Shown piece after piece: positions 1-13,784 of a DNA stretch of 64,000 nt. Each line of letters opens with the position of its first letter. The first letter of the stretch is position 1. The position numbers and the translations under genes are program-made. This DNA comes from Chiloscyllium plagiosum. Lineage: Eukaryota. The stretch covers positions 38,277,250-38,341,249 of the forward strand of contig NC_057716.1 in the NCBI RefSeq assembly GCF_004010195.1, written 5' to 3'. The notes under the pieces are model-generated. The model did no database searches. It had not been told where the DNA came from and was given only the letters and a program-made list of their open reading frames with translations.

Positions 1-490
1 ACATAATATTCCAGGTCCGGTCTCACCAGGGCCCTATACAGCTGCAGAAGAACCTCTTTGCTTCTATACTCAATCCCTCTTGTTATGAAGGCCAGCATGC
101 TATTAGCTTTAATAGCATTATTTAATGCTATTAAACTGCATTTGCCATGCATCTGTCCACTCACCTAACCTGTCCAGGTCACCCTCCTAACATCCTCCTC
201 ACATTTCACCCTGCCACCCAGCTTTGTATCATCAGCAAATTTGCTAATGTTACTATTAATACCATCTTCTATATCATTAATATATATTGTAAAAAGCTGT
301 GGTCCCAGCACTGATCCCTGCGGTACCCCACTGGTCACCGCCTGCCATTCCGAAAGGGAGCCATTTATCACTACTCTTTGTTTCCTGTCAGCCAACCAAT
401 TTTCAATCCAAGTCAGTACTTTGCCCCCAATACCATACGCCCTAGGTTTGCTCACTAACCTCCTATGTGGGACTTTATCAAAGGCTTTCC
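1..490 (-). mobile_element. CR1-clade LINE reverse-transcriptase fragment
   Basis: ORF 165-455(-) gives SGVPQGSVLGPQLFTIYINDI...KFADDTKLGG, the CR1 RT core motifs; runs off the window start. Confidence 0.9.
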
Positions 491-701
491 TTAGTTAGGT
501 TGCTGTATTGGGTAGGTTAAGTTTTCCAATAGTTAAATTTTTCTAAGTTCCATTTTCTTTTGTTTGTGTTTCAACTGCAGTGTTTAAATAAATTGTTTTG
601 TTTAAAGCCAAGTGGTTTGACCGGCTGCATCATACTGGGAATATCCATTTCACACCTGCCTTTAAAGTAAGCAAAAATCAGGTTCTGGTCTGGTCCGTAA
701 C
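491..701 (+). mobile_element. 3' part of an LTR-like sequence
   Basis: AATAAA near 587, then U5-like sequence ending ...CCGTAACA; no partner LTR or TSD seen. Confidence 0.35.
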
Positions 702-1059
702 AGTCAGATAAAAGCCAGTTTTGTAACTGTCCTAGAACAGGTTGGTTGGAGATGTGGCATGTTTTCAGTATTATTGTTGAAATGTTGTTTGGGAACACAG
801 CTTTCACAGTGTCTAGTGCCCCCTGCCATTGCTTTATCATGTGTAGCAAATCAAATTGACCGAAGGCCGGTAGCTGTGATGCAGAGAACCACTGGAGGAG
901 GTCAAAATCAATCATCTGCTGGGCATGCCTGGCTGAAGACTGTTGTGAGCGTTTCAGCCTTATCTTTTACAATGATGTCCTGGACACCTTCATCATTAAG
1001 AATGGGATATTAGTGAAGCATTTTTCCTCAAGTGAGTTTTTTTAATTGAAGGAAGATAA

Positions 1060-2130
1060 TTTTTTAAAATGCAGACAGTGGGAATCATTTAAGTGAACAT
1101 ATGAAAGAGATTATTTTGAGAGCTGCATATAACAGAAAGTGGCCAGAAAAATATTTTTAAAGTGGGCATTGTTATTGTAGCTTCAGACAATTGAAATCAT
1201 TCGGTAAAGACATTAAAGAAACAGAGATCATTTACTTAGGTCACAAATAGCAGGATTCATCCGGGGAAGCTGAGAAAATGTCAGGAATCCTCTATTCTGG
1301 CCATAACAAATTAGGGAGACTCCAGTAGCAGGGAATGCACCACAGCAATAATACGGATTAGTGAAAAAATGTGACGTGGTAACTTAATTGTTCTTGAAAT
1401 TGCTGAAGAGCCTTTGTCAGATTTATTGCAGTACAAGGAAGATTTATCTCTAGAGAAGCCAATACAGGATAGCGAATGAAGCTGGAATAGCACAAATCAA
1501 TCCTAAGTGGAAATGATTAACTTTATCACAGAAGATCAACAGAACCCATTCAGTTCTTGAAGGACAAAATTAGTAGAGAGACATGCAAGTTCCCAATACA
1601 GATACAAGAGACTAATAGTCACCATCGGTGCTGTGGAGCAAAGAAACCTCTTAGGTTAAGATAATGCCAATCTATTAAAAGTGAATGCTGTATCTGTCTC
1701 ATAATAGGTCACTTGCAGAAAATGTGCAAAGGTAGGAAAATTATGATGTAAAATAGCTATCCACACAAAGATGGATATGAGGTAGAATAGTCTATAACAG
1801 AAGAAAAGCTGCAAGTGTTCTTAGGGAAGATAGGTGAATCAGATCCAGTCTGGTCTGGGATATTTACATCAATAGACTTCTTACTAATTTCAAGCTTGGT
1901 ACAGGGATTTGTCATTACATGATCAAATAGTGAACCATGGTTGAAAACACATTATCTATAGCAAATAATAATGCAGTGAAGAATAAAGCTGTGCTACAAA
2001 CAACTATCCAACACATCAGATAGTAAAGAATCGATAGGACTTCACAATCAAGAGCTCTCACTCTTTACTCAGTTTTTTTTAAATGGCAGAAGGAGTCAAA
2101 CTAGTCAAACAACAGGTTCACAATCTTCCA
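1060..2130 (+). mobile_element. Highly decayed Gypsy-like internal (pol/gag) remnants
   Basis: GAGATCATTTACTTAGGTCAC near 1225 reads EIIYLGH, resembling the Gypsy RT YLGH motif; no open frame. Confidence 0.35.
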
Positions 2131-2254
2131 GTTAGGAACAGTCAAAGGGCATCTGATAGAAGACTTTAAAGGGCTGCTTAGACATGTGGTAGAACCCAAA
2201 CAGAAGACTGAATTCAGCGAGATTTATAATGTTGGTGGAAGAAATATAATTTGT

Positions 2255-2569
2255 GGGCGGCACGATGGCACAGTGGAGCACTGCTGCCTCACCGCGCCTG
2301 AGACCCGGGTTCAATTCCTGCCTCAGGCGACTGACTGTGTGGAGTTTGCACGTTCTCTGCGTGTCTGCACCCTCCAGGTGCTCCGATTTCCTCCCACAGT
2401 CCAAAGATGTGCAGGTCAGGTGAATTGGCCATGCTAAATTGCCCGTAGTGTTAGGTAGGGGTAAATGTAGAGGTATGGGTGGGTTGCGCTTCAGCGGGTC
2501 GGTGTGGACTTGTTGGGCCGAAGGGCCTGTTTCCACGCTGTAATGTAATGTAATGTAATCTAATCTAAT
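2255..2569 (+). mobile_element. HE1-type V-SINE (tRNA head, V-domain, CR1-like tail)
   Basis: A box TGGCACAGTGG, B box GGTTCAATTCC, V-domain TGTGTGGAGTTTGCAC..., (TGTAA)n/(TCTAA)n tail; near-identical copies elsewhere in the window. Confidence 0.9.
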
Positions 2570-2704
2570 TTATGCTGTAAGCATAAACTGAGAACATTCT
2601 GCCAATCCAGTAATGTTTTCCAGCAAGCAATCCAGCAAGTTTTACAAGTTAACATTGCTGATAATAGCCAATGACCAGTATAATCCATTGTGTAAAAAGA
2701 AATT

Positions 2705-4560
2705 GCATAGGATGTGGGTGACACAGTCTATCCCTAATTGTCCTGAAGAAGGTTCCGGTGAGTTGTCTTTCTTTGTTGTAGTGACATCAGAATATTATTT
2801 AGGAAGGCAGTTCCAGGATTTTGACCCAGCGACAGTGAAGTAACAGTGATATATTTATAAATCAGATTGATGTGTGCCTTGGAGAGGAGCTTCCAGGTGA
2901 TGGTTTCGCTACCATTTCTGATGAAGGGCTCTTGCCCGAAATGTCGATTCTCCTGCTTCTCGGCTGCTGCCTGACCTGCTGTGTTTTTCCAGCACCACAC
3001 TCTGGAATCTGCTATCATTCGAGCAAGTAGAGATTGCAGGTTTGCTGCTTAAGGAATTTTGGTATGTTATGGTAGTGCATCTTCTAGGTAGTACACACTC
3101 CTGCCAGTGTGCATCAGCAGTGAAGAGAGTGACTGTTGAAGGTGGCAGATGGAATGCTAATCAATGCAGGCGATAAGATTATCAAGTTTCTTGGGTGTTA
3201 TTGAAATGGCATCTATCCAGGCAAGTGAAGTATATTCCAGCACATTCTTGATTTGTGTCTTGTAGATGAAGGGCAGGCAATGGAAAGACAGGAGGTGAGT
3301 TACTCATCGCAGAATTCCAAGTTTCGATCTGCACTTGTAGCAGCTGTCGTTAATTGGCTTGTCTAGTTCAGTTTCTGGTTAATGGTAATCTCAAATATTT
3401 TGTTAGAGGGGAATTCAGTGACTGCAGTACCTTTCTGTATCAAGGGACAATGATTAGATTTTCTCATATTAGACGTCATTGCCTAGCACTTATGGAGTAT
3501 GGAATTTACTTATCAAAAATGCCTGAATATTGTCCAGGTCTTGCTGCAGATAGACTCAAACTGCTTCAGCATCTGATAAATCACAAACGATGCTGAACAT
3601 TGTGTAATTGACAGTGAATATTTGCATTTCTGATCTGATCATGAAGAGAAGATTGTTGATGTAGCAGTTGAAGATGCTTGAACCTAGGGCATTAACCTAA
3701 GGAATTCTACAGAGAAGTCCTTGGGATTGAGAAGATTGACTTTTAACACCACACCCATCTTCCTTTGTGATAGCTATGATTCCGAGTGAAGATTTTACCC
3801 CTGTTTCCCAATGTCTTCAGCTTTTCTAGAGCTCTTTGATGCCACTTTTATTCAAATACTGTCCTGATGTCAAGGGTAGTCACTCTAACTCTTCTAGAGT
3901 TTGTCTTTTTTCTTCATGTTTTGACAAAGCGTGTAATGAGGTCAGGATCTGAGTAGCTTTGGTAGAACCCAAACTGAGCATCAGTGACCAGTTTATGCCT
4001 TTGCAAATGTGGCTTTTTATCATTATTAACAATCCCTCCCTTTGCTTTGCTGACGATTGTAAGTAGACTCATGTGGTAATAATTGTCTGGATTGTATTTG
4101 TCCCGTTTCTTGTGAACAGGACATATCTGAAAAATTTTACACTTAGGTAGATGCTAGTGTTGTAGCTGTATATGAACAGCTTGGTTAGTAGCAAGGCTGA
4201 TTGTGGAGCACAAGTTTTCATTATATTGTTGGAATATTACCAGGAACCATCGCCTTTTGCAGTATTCAGTGCCTTCAAATGCTTCTGTGGCAAATTGGAT
4301 AAAGTATACGATACTGGAGACTTCTCATCGAGGCCAAGATTGATCATCCAATTGGCAGCACTGCAGAGCTTAAATCTAATCAGTTTGATTGTGGGATTGC
4401 TTTTACTGTTTGGCACGCAGTTCACCCTGTCTTGTAACTTCACATGGCTGATGCTTCATTTTCAGGTATGCTTGGTACTGCCCTTGACATATCCTCCTAT
4501 ACTTTTTATTGAACAGGCTGATCCTGTAGCTTAATGGTAGAGTGGGGAATGCTGGGCCAC
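2705..4560 (-). mobile_element. Old decayed LINE (CR1/L2 group) RT and 3' region
   Basis: Reverse strand ~3600-3885 reads RVTTLDIRTVFE*KWHQRALEKL followed by a degenerate VPQGS-type region; its 3' end resembles the tail of SINE family B. Confidence 0.7.
2916..3010 (+). mobile_element. Short Penelope(Neptune-type)-derived element with hammerhead core
   Basis: CTGATGA-AGGGCTCTTGCCC-GAAA-TGTC at 2918-2945; flanked by GCTACCATT/GCTATCATT imperfect TSD; same sequence as the PLE terminus at 52910-53036. Confidence 0.75.
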
Positions 4561-4577
4561 AAAAATGCAGACCTTTT

Positions 4578-4925
4578 TTATATTCATTCATAGGATGTGG
4601 GTGTCGCTGGCTAGGCCAGAAATTATTGCCCATACCCAATTGTCCAGAAGACAGTAAAGAGCAAACCACATTGCTCTAAGTCTAGAATCAATGTGGGCCA
4701 GACCAGGTAAGCATAGCAGATTTCCTATGCTAAACAGCATTAGTGAAACAGATACATTTTTAACAACTTGCAACAACGATTACATGGTCACCATTAGACT
4801 ATTTCTTTTTAAATTCCAGACTTTTATTAAATTCAAATGTCACCATCTACCATGGTGAGATTTGAATGCATGACCCCAACCTGGGATTCTGGATGACTGG
4901 GCTACTGAAATTGCTATGCCACCAA
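4578..4925 (-). mobile_element. tRNA-derived SINE family B
   Basis: Homologous to 11060-11455 and 21035-21380 (CCACCATGGCAGATGG, CCTGGTCTGGCCTACA and GATGGGCAATAA motifs). Confidence 0.7.
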
Positions 4926-5169
4926 AATCTCCTATTATGGCCCACAGTGTCTCATGGATACCCAGTTTGAGTTGCTACATCTGTTTGGAGTCTATCTGAT
5001 TTAGTACAGTGATTGTGCCAGAAAATACAACAGTAGGTATCCTCAATATGAAGATGGTACTTGGTCTCCACAATATGAGTTTACAACAATAAATGAATTT
5101 GAAGCAGACGTGGGCCATTTGGCTCATCATGTCTACTTTACCATTTAATAAGAATATGGTGGTTCTGTT

Positions 5170-8100
5170 CGTGGTAATCTTCGATTCTCTCACCTAACAT
5201 GATCTATCTGATTCCACTTTAAAAATATTTAATGATGCCAATTCCACAATTATCTCAGGCAGACGGTCCCAAAGTCAGCAATCCTCTGAGAGAGGAAAAG
5301 AAAATCCCCTCACTCTGTAATAAAATGACTACACCTAATTTTTAAAAATGCCTCTTAGTTCTGGACTCACCTACAAAAGTTAAAATCCTTTCCATGTCCA
5401 CCTTGTCAAGATCTTTCAGGATGTTATACATTTAAATCAAATCATCCCTTGTTCTTTTAAACTCCAGGGAAAACAAGCCCAAACTGTACAATCTTTCTTC
5501 ATAAAACAACCCAGGCATCCCGCAAATTAATCTAGTCAACTTCCTCTGATCCATCTCCAATGCATTTACACCTGCTTTAGGTAAGAAGAAAAACGCTGCA
5601 CACTGCATTTGAGATGTGGTCTCGCCCTATATAACAGAAGCCTAACATCCTTACTTTTACGTTTGACTTCTCACACAATAGAAGTAGCATTTCATTTACC
5701 TTATTAATCCTTGCTGTACCTGCACACTATCTTTTTGTGACTAATGCACTGGTACACCTCTACACTTTGTAAATCTGCAGTCTTTCACTATTTAAATCAT
5801 CTTTTAAATTTTACCTAGAAAAGTGAACAGTTTTGTTTTTTCACACATTAAACTTCATCTGCCAGATTTTTGCCCACTCCCCCAACTTATTTATATTGGT
5901 CTGCGTCTGTGTTATGTTATCTTTACCACAGGTTTTTATTTAACCTACTTTTGTGTCAAATTTAGCCACTCTGCCTTTGATCCCCTCATCGAAGACCCAG
6001 CACAGGGCCCAGTATTTAACCTTGTCACATCCTGCCAATCTGAATAAGACATATTTATTCATACTCTCTATTTTCTGCTCAGGCAGCCAATTTCCATCTG
6101 TGTTAGAACATAGTACATTACAGCGCAGCACAGGTCCTTCGGTCCTCGATGTTATGCCGCCCTGTCATACTAATCTGAAGCGCATCCCACTTACACTATT
6201 CCATGTACGTCCATTTGCCTGTCCAATGACGACTTAAATGCACTTAAACTTGGTGAATCTACGACTGATGCAGGCAAAGCATTCATTACCCTTACTACCC
6301 TTGCTACTCTCTGTTCTTATGTTACCATGAACTCCTACTTTGTGTGATGACCTATTTATGTTGAACTTTGCCAAATGTCCTCAGAAATCAGAGTACAGTA
6401 TATCAATGGGATCCCTTCTATGCATGTTAATCCTTCTAAGAATTCCAATAAATTTGTTCAATGGGATTTCTCTCTCATATACCATGCTGATTTCTCCTGA
6501 TTATCTTGACATTTCCCAAATGTCCCATTATAACCTCCTACACCATCAATTGTAACACGCTGTCCAGGACAGCTAACTGACTCATAGTTTCCTGTCCTCG
6601 TCCTCCTAACTCTCTTGAAATGAGCATTGTATATGTTACTTTCCAGTCTAATCGAACCTTTCCAGAAACTAGCAAATTTTGTAAAATTAATACCAACTCA
6701 TTTACCATCCCATTACTTCTTTTAAGAACCCAATCCCCATCAGGACCCAAGGATTTATCGATACACCACTCCATCATTTTGCTCAGCACAACTCCCCTTG
6801 TGATTCTAATTTCACCATATTCTGACCTTTCAAACCACCAGATTTACAGCTGTTACTGGAATGCATTTTGTATGTTCTCTAGTGAAGACAGAAGCAAAAC
6901 ATTTCTTTATTATATCTGCCATTCCCTCATGTATTATTAACTCCAATTCTCACCCTCTAGAGAATCAAGTCACATTACTTATCTTTTCTTTTTTTAGCAC
7001 CTTATAGAAACTCCTGTTACCAGTTTTTTAAAAAATTCTCATTATTACCCCCCATTGCTCTAATTTTAAACAAAGAAAATCATTTATTGGCCATGAACAT
7101 CACTGGCTGGCCAGCATTTATTGCCCATCCCTAGTGCCCCTTCAGAAGGTGGTGTGAGTTGTCTTCTTGAACTGCTCCAGTCCACTTGCTGACCCATAGT
7201 GCAGAATTTCACACGGAGGGAATTACAGAATTTTGACCCAGTGATGGTGAAGGAACAGGGATTTATTTGTCCTAATTTACCACTTGGTCATTCTTGACTA
7301 TTCTTTGTGTTCTGACTAGTCATCCGAATCACCTTTGCAAAAATATATCTTTTTCTTGACATTTGATGGTCCTTTTTTTTTAAGTTTTAAAGTAAGAATA
7401 TACTTGTTTTGAGTAGTCTGAAATGTCACTTTAGATATTTGTCACTGCACTCTACTGATCTATCTCCTATCTCCAGTTCACTTCAGTTTTCACACCTACA
7501 TAATTGTTCTTTAAGTTTAAATACTACTCTTGGACTCACTCCTTTCCCTTTCAAAGTGAAGGTAGAATTCAATCATATTATGATTACTGCTACCTAGAGA
7601 TACCTTTTTCTCAGAGGTCATTTATTAATCTTGTCACATTACACATATCAAATTTAGGTTGGCCTGCTCTCTGATCAGTTCTAGACCATGCTGCTTTAAT
7701 AGCATGAAAGCATTCTGTAAATCATTTATTGGTGCTGCTATTACCAACATGATTTTTCCACTTTAAAAGTAAATTAAAATCACTCCTAATTATTGACATC
7801 CTTTTATCACCAATGTTTATTGCTGTGTACTACTTCCTGTATCTTGTTAGAGTTTGGGGCCTATAGATCACTGTGACAAGTGACTTCTTTTGCCTACTAT
7901 TCCTCAGCTCTACCCAAACTGATTCCACATCCTGATTTCCTGAACCAAGATCATTTCCAACACGGCACAAATATCACTTTGATGAGTAGTGTAATCCAAA
8001 CAAGATAAGTAAACATCAAACTTGTGAGATAATTGCAAAGTCTGAGTGAAGCTCCTGGGTTCCTGGTGTCTGGGCCCCTTTATCTACCTCAGTTTCAGTC

Positions 8101-8350
8101 ACACCCAGTCCTTGACCACGGATCAAATCAGAAAACACTATATTGAGGAGTGTGCCTGTCTTCTGGAATAAAGTATCTGAGTCCCCTTTTCTGATGTGCC
8201 AATATCTGCAGCTCAGCCTCCTGCTCAATACCTCTGAGTTGAAATCACTGCAGTCCAAGCACCTACTGAAGATATGTTGCCCCAGATCACAGCAGGATCC
8301 AGACATTCTCTGATACTGCAAGCACAGAACATCACCTGCACTACTGTTGC
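5170..8350 (-). mobile_element. Old fragmented CR1 LINE with nested younger inserts
   Basis: Degenerate CR1 motifs (ORF 6538-6789 KSLGPDG...DWKV); a young CR1 3' tail is nested at ~6105-6315. Confidence 0.6.
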
Positions 8351-10383
8351 TAATGCACGTTAATTAAATAGGAATGATGTACACCTCCCAAAAGGTTTTA
8401 GCACTGCCAGTAACAAGACTCCTTATAAAATTGTTGAAACAACACAATACTGAGAAAACCTACAGTTTCTAATAATATCAGTTACTATTTTACTCATTCT
8501 TACTCCTGCAGAAAATTGTAGATCAAATACTGGAGACTGATAAAAGTAGCCAAAAGAAGATATCAGGACAGATAATGAAAAGTTTGCTTAAAATGTTGGC
8601 TTTAAGAGGAACTTTTTTTAAAGTGTGTGGAGAGGGAGAGAAGAAGTTACAAATCTTTGGTATAGGCAGCTAAAAGCCTTTAAAAAGGTGGAGTTTTCAA
8701 AAGATGAAAATTGGAGGGATACAAAGAGGTTAGAGTACTGTAACATTGGAGATAATAACAGATAATAATGAAGTTGTGAGGAACCATTGAGGGATTTAAA
8801 AACAGGGATGAAAATTTAAACATAGAATCTTTATGGACTAGCTGCCAAGGTAGTCCTACACACATAATTTTATATTTTGTTGGATCTGCCGTAAATCATT
8901 ACATAGTATCTTAAAATACTATGTTAGAAATCATGCTTGATGCTATTGACAACAAAAAAGGGCTGAAGTAATTACATTAAGGGGAGCAGTCATTTTCCAG
9001 TATATATTCTTGTCTCGAAACATTCAACACATGTTTTCCTCAGTGGCTAATTGATTATCTTATTGGAATTATAGAGTGCTAGCCTTGCAGAGATTCACTT
9101 AGTAACCTAGGTCACCAAGGTCAAACCCTAGAAAAGGACCATTTACCATTTCCATTTTAAAGCAAGTTAATAACCCTAGCAGGGAGAAAAAAAATTCATG
9201 CATGAGTGCTTAAGTGAGGTCACTGCTGTAGTCTCTGATTGATTGGTTATAACTAAGCTGTAATACATTCTGTCAGTCATAATTTTTTTTGTCATCCTTG
9301 CTGGTCATCAGAACCCTGTAAGTAGATTAAGAACAGATGGTAAAATGGAGCTGAGCCTTCCTGGAAACCGGGTTAGAGGAAAGATTAGACATCCAGAAAA
9401 CATCATGAAATGAGCATTGAAAAGCTTTGTAGCAATAAAGTAATAGGAATATCTAAGGTTGTAAAATACTAAGGATAAAGAGAAATGTATAATGATGCTT
9501 TGTCTGAAATAAAGATTGAAGCTGAGCAATACTTGAAACTGCTTCTGTCCATTTATTGAAAAGCTTCATCTGTTGCATTGTTCTGAGATATAGCTAAGCA
9601 CAGAGCAGGTGTCTTCTAAATTTGGTAAAAAAACAATAAACTAACTGAGCTGTCAGGAGAAACTTATTTGCATGTAGCATTTCAGCAAGCTATGAATCTT
9701 GCACAAATGTATTATTAGGCAAGAGATTACGGTATGTCTGGCATGGCAACTACAGTATTGGATTGAAGGAATCACACAGAGCAGAAAGTGACATTGCTCA
9801 TGTCATCGCCCCAGTGGTGAAGCCAAGACTCCTGCTGTGTAATGCCCTTAATTGGCAGTATTTGAATGAAATACATTGCCTCATAGGTCTGACTTGTGAT
9901 TTAATTCTCACATCGCATCTCAAGTAAAGTATATTCTTTTGAAGATAAATGTACTGTCAAATTACTATTATAGTATTACACAACAGCTGAATTGTGGTCT
10001 GGCTTTAAGGAAAGTAGTATTACAATCAATAATCCTATAGATGAGTAGGGTTGCATCTATAAACAATCTGAAATTCCTCATAAATTCAATTGACAGTGTG
10101 TTACTTGATATGTTATAAACAGAAGTCATTTGGTGAATTGATTTACCTAAAACATTTCTGAAACTGATCATTTTTGTTGATTGAATCTGTTCTTCTCAAT
10201 TCAGAACGAATCAGCGAATGCAATTTATTTCCGCAGACTGAGCCTCTTACAGACTGATGATTATGAAGAGGCCAAACTAGCTTTACACTGGATGAAGGGA
10301 GTATAGTAGCAAGTGGTATCACTGGCCAAAAATATGAGTGAAACTAAATAATTAACCATTGTCCACAAAGGATCATAAGCATT

Positions 10384-10409
10384 TCTCTCTCTCTCTCTCT
10401 CTCTCTCTC
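10384..10409. repeat. (CT)n microsatellite
   Basis: Direct dinucleotide run. Confidence 0.95.
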
Positions 10410-11059
10410 AAAAAGAAAAATGCAGATGATTACATATAGTGTGGAGGACAAAGGCATGTGACTAGGTAAAGAGCAGGCATCTGGGAACTACCACAGCCAG
10501 GATTGAACACAAGTCATCGGCATCATTCTGCATCACATGGTCAATATTTCGCCAACTGGGCTAATGGGCAGAATATTAACCTCATGACAAGCAGTGATGA
10601 TGTGCCTGGAAGGAAAGATAATTGGGAGGGTTGGCATTGGGGAGATACACACCAGCCTTCCACGAGCACAGAAATTAAGTTCTGGATGTGAAGACCCAAG
10701 ATTCACATTTCAGACTCACTGCCAATTGAGAGTCGTAAGTGGTTAACAAACACTTCAGGGCCTTTTCACACCATCGCTGTGATCAAACTCATTCCTCGCA
10801 TCCTTAAGTTGACTGATGTCTTCCCACAGCAGCCACCTCACAAAGCCCTTCTTGAATAAGTCATCCACATTGCCCGCTGCTCTGGGAACTCAGCATTGCT
10901 ATCCCACCAGTAGCCTCAGCCTCTGGGATTGGCTTTGCTGACATTTGCTTGGTGGATAGCTTCAGATAAAGTGGGACATGAGTGTACCAGGAAAGGACAT
11001 GTTGAAAAGAATTTTTTGTTTGCAACTTAGATATAAGATTTGATGGGCTTTCTCATTTA

Positions 11060-11458
11060 GGAGGCAATGGCACAATGATAATGCCACTGAAGTAGTAATC
11101 TAGAGTCACAACCTAATGTTCAAGCTGCATGCTTTGAGTCCCACCATGGCAGATGGTAACATTTAGATTCAGTTAGTAAAAATCAGGAATTAAACTCAAG
11201 TCTAATAGTGACCATATAAGCACCATTGATTTTCTTAAAAGAAACCATTTGGTTCACAACTGTCCTTTTCAAAAGAAAATCTGCCATTCTTACCTGGTCT
11301 GGCCTACACATGACACCAGATCCCACAAATTAACTGATTCTAAACCACCCTCTGAAGTGGTCTGACAAGTCATTCAGTTCATGGAGAATGAAGGATGGGC
11401 AATAAGTGATGATCCAGCCAATGATACTGACATCCTATGCATGATCAAAACAAAAACA
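11060..11458 (+). mobile_element. tRNA-derived SINE family B
   Basis: tRNA-like head GGAGGCAATGGCAC..., body homologous to 4578-4925 and 21035-21380, A-rich end. Confidence 0.7.
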
Positions 11459-11644
11459 AAAGTTGGTGAGATGTATTCTGTGTATCATGGTGCCCACTAC
11501 CACACACTTCAAAATAAACAGGAAGATACTGGCCCAAATGTTGTACATATCTTCACTGAGTAATGAATTCCAGATCAATGTTATTTATTGCCTTGGATAT
11601 CTGAATCTACCGTAATGGGAAGGTTGCTATTATATGAGGACTTG

Positions 11645-12346
11645 GGTTATAAGATGGAAGAGCAATGGATTTTAGTTTTTTAGTACTGTGAAAAACAGAC
11701 CCTTTGTTAGATCAAAAAGTCATTTTTAACTTGAATTCATAACAACATTTTCAAAACATTATGTGATTTCAGCTAAATGACCAGCAATCCACCTGTGGAG
11801 ATACTTATTAAGTTATTTGCTGACTTGAGTTTAGGACCCAGAGAGAGAGAGAGGGTGGGGCCGCAAAGCAGGTTAATTCAGAGAAGAGAGGCCTATGACA
11901 AAAGAGGTGCTATTGTTGCTGTTTCCAATCAGACTTGGGAAAGTAGGAACAGCAGCTTATTTTAAAGTCTGGGGGAGAGACATTAGCCAAAGAGAATAAC
12001 ATTGAGTGATTGCTTAAGAGAACTTTGCTGAAACGAAATAGACAGCTGACCAGAGAGTTTTTAACATTGAGAAAGGGGTTGATCTTCACTGAGGCTGGAT
12101 TTGTCTGAAAGTGGGGTTGATATTTGATGTTTGATCTTGAGGTTGTCACAATAGTTCTTGTTTCTCTCTTTTTGTGTAATAAATCTTGAAGTTCCTTTGT
12201 TATAAGTACATTAGCAACTCCTGTGGAAGCGTTCAGTGAGAGACCTCTATGGTAAACAAAAGAAAACTAATACTCCTGGTCTGTCAAATCGGGTTTCATT
12301 CTGCAATCTGTCGCATTCGGTATTACCCTCAGCTGGGATCATAGCA
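11645..12346 (+). mobile_element. Possible solo LTR
   Basis: AATAAA near 12178 and LTR-like end GGGATCATAGCA; termini degenerate, no TSD identified. Confidence 0.3.
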
Positions 12347-12647
12347 GCTGCTGTATCTTTGGACACAGATTCAAATTATTCTGATTTCAGATAATTTTTG
12401 AACAGGAACAAAAATTCATACCCTTGAAAGATATCTATATTTATTACAATGTAGTGTTTTACTTTGCTATTACCAAAAGCTGGAGTTAAAAAGTGCAATG
12501 ATAAAGGATACAATAAAAGTTGAAAAGAGCAAAACACTTCTGCTAATTTCTTAGTGATATTATCCAGTGAATACCTGAGTCATGTCAACTAAGAAAGTCT
12601 CAAATTTGATCCCTATGATCCCTATTTGATCCCTGATCCCTGATTCC

Positions 12648-12850
12648 AGGGGTCATAGTTTTATAGAAAAGGGGTAAACTTTTTCATACTGATTTGAGGA
12701 GAAAAGTCTTCCCCCAGAAAATGGTGAGCCTGTAGAATTCACAATCGTAGAAAGTGGTTGAGGCCAAGATATTATTTGTTTTAAGAAGGAATGAAGGGAT
12801 ATGGGAGAGTGAGCAGGATTAGGGTGTAGAGCTCAATGATCGGCTGATTT
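12648..12850 (+). mobile_element. CR1 3'-end fragment
   Basis: AGGGGTCATAGT (RGHS) followed by the characteristic CR1 ORF2 C-terminal region. Confidence 0.6.
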
Positions 12851-12965
12851 CAGCAAGAAAACATTACAAGAGCCTTACTACCTCAGATTTAAGGAGAGTA
12901 AGTTGATCAGATTGCTTTGTTTCTGATTGTTATGCAGTAACCCCTCACTGAAAGTGTGCCCATCT

Positions 12966-13094
12966 GGAAGACAGTGAGGTCTGCAGATGCTGGAGATCAG
13001 AGTTGCGAGTGTGCTACTGAAAACGCCCAACAGGTCAGGCAGCATCCGAGGAGCAGGAGAATCAATGTTTCGGGCAGGAGCCCTTCATCAGGAA
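12966..13094 (-). mobile_element. Short PLE-derived element with hammerhead core
   Basis: Reverse strand starts TTCCTGATGAAGGGCTCCTGCCCGAAAC; TSD TGTGCCCATCT (12955-12965) / TGTGCACATCT (13095-13105). Confidence 0.8.
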
Positions 13095-13784
13095 TGTGCA
13101 CATCTATACCTGGTTGAAGATCTCACATGCTATCAAGCCTTATACAGGCATAAATAATAGCACTCAGAGAAGATATTAGACAGTGATTAATGTTACATTG
13201 CATTCAACAATTACTTTAAATCTTTGAAAAAGGAAGAAATGGAAAGAAAATGGAGCAAATGATAGACCAGGTGGCAAGATGAAGTAAAGCAAAAGGTAAT
13301 GACTTATTAGTACAGGATTTAGATTTTAAGTGCTATAAATTGTAGAATAAAGACAACATCAATAGCTCAATAAAAATAGCCTGGCCATTGACCTTCAATG
13401 CTCGAGGTAAACCTCCTGATTACACTGTCCCATCATTTTAAATGGGCATCAGGGTAGTTCTGGGTGATTTACAATTCTCTCAGGTGACTTATAAAGTATA
13501 GCAGTTAAAAAGAGCATTACTGTGTGTAAAGGATGGCAACATTCCATAATCATCTACTCATGCTGTGCAAGCAAACAGGGCAAGGCAGTCAAAACATCAA
13601 GCCCTGGATAATCCCACATAAACAGGATTTCAGTATGGGAGTATCTGCCCATGTTCTTTTTTGTGATTCTCAGTTTTTTAAATTCTTTTTAAAATTTCAC
13701 TGAGATATTTTATGGCAATTTAGAAGACAAAAGAAAGGTACTTTGAAAGATTAGAAGCAAAGGAAAATTGCAGCAATTACACGA

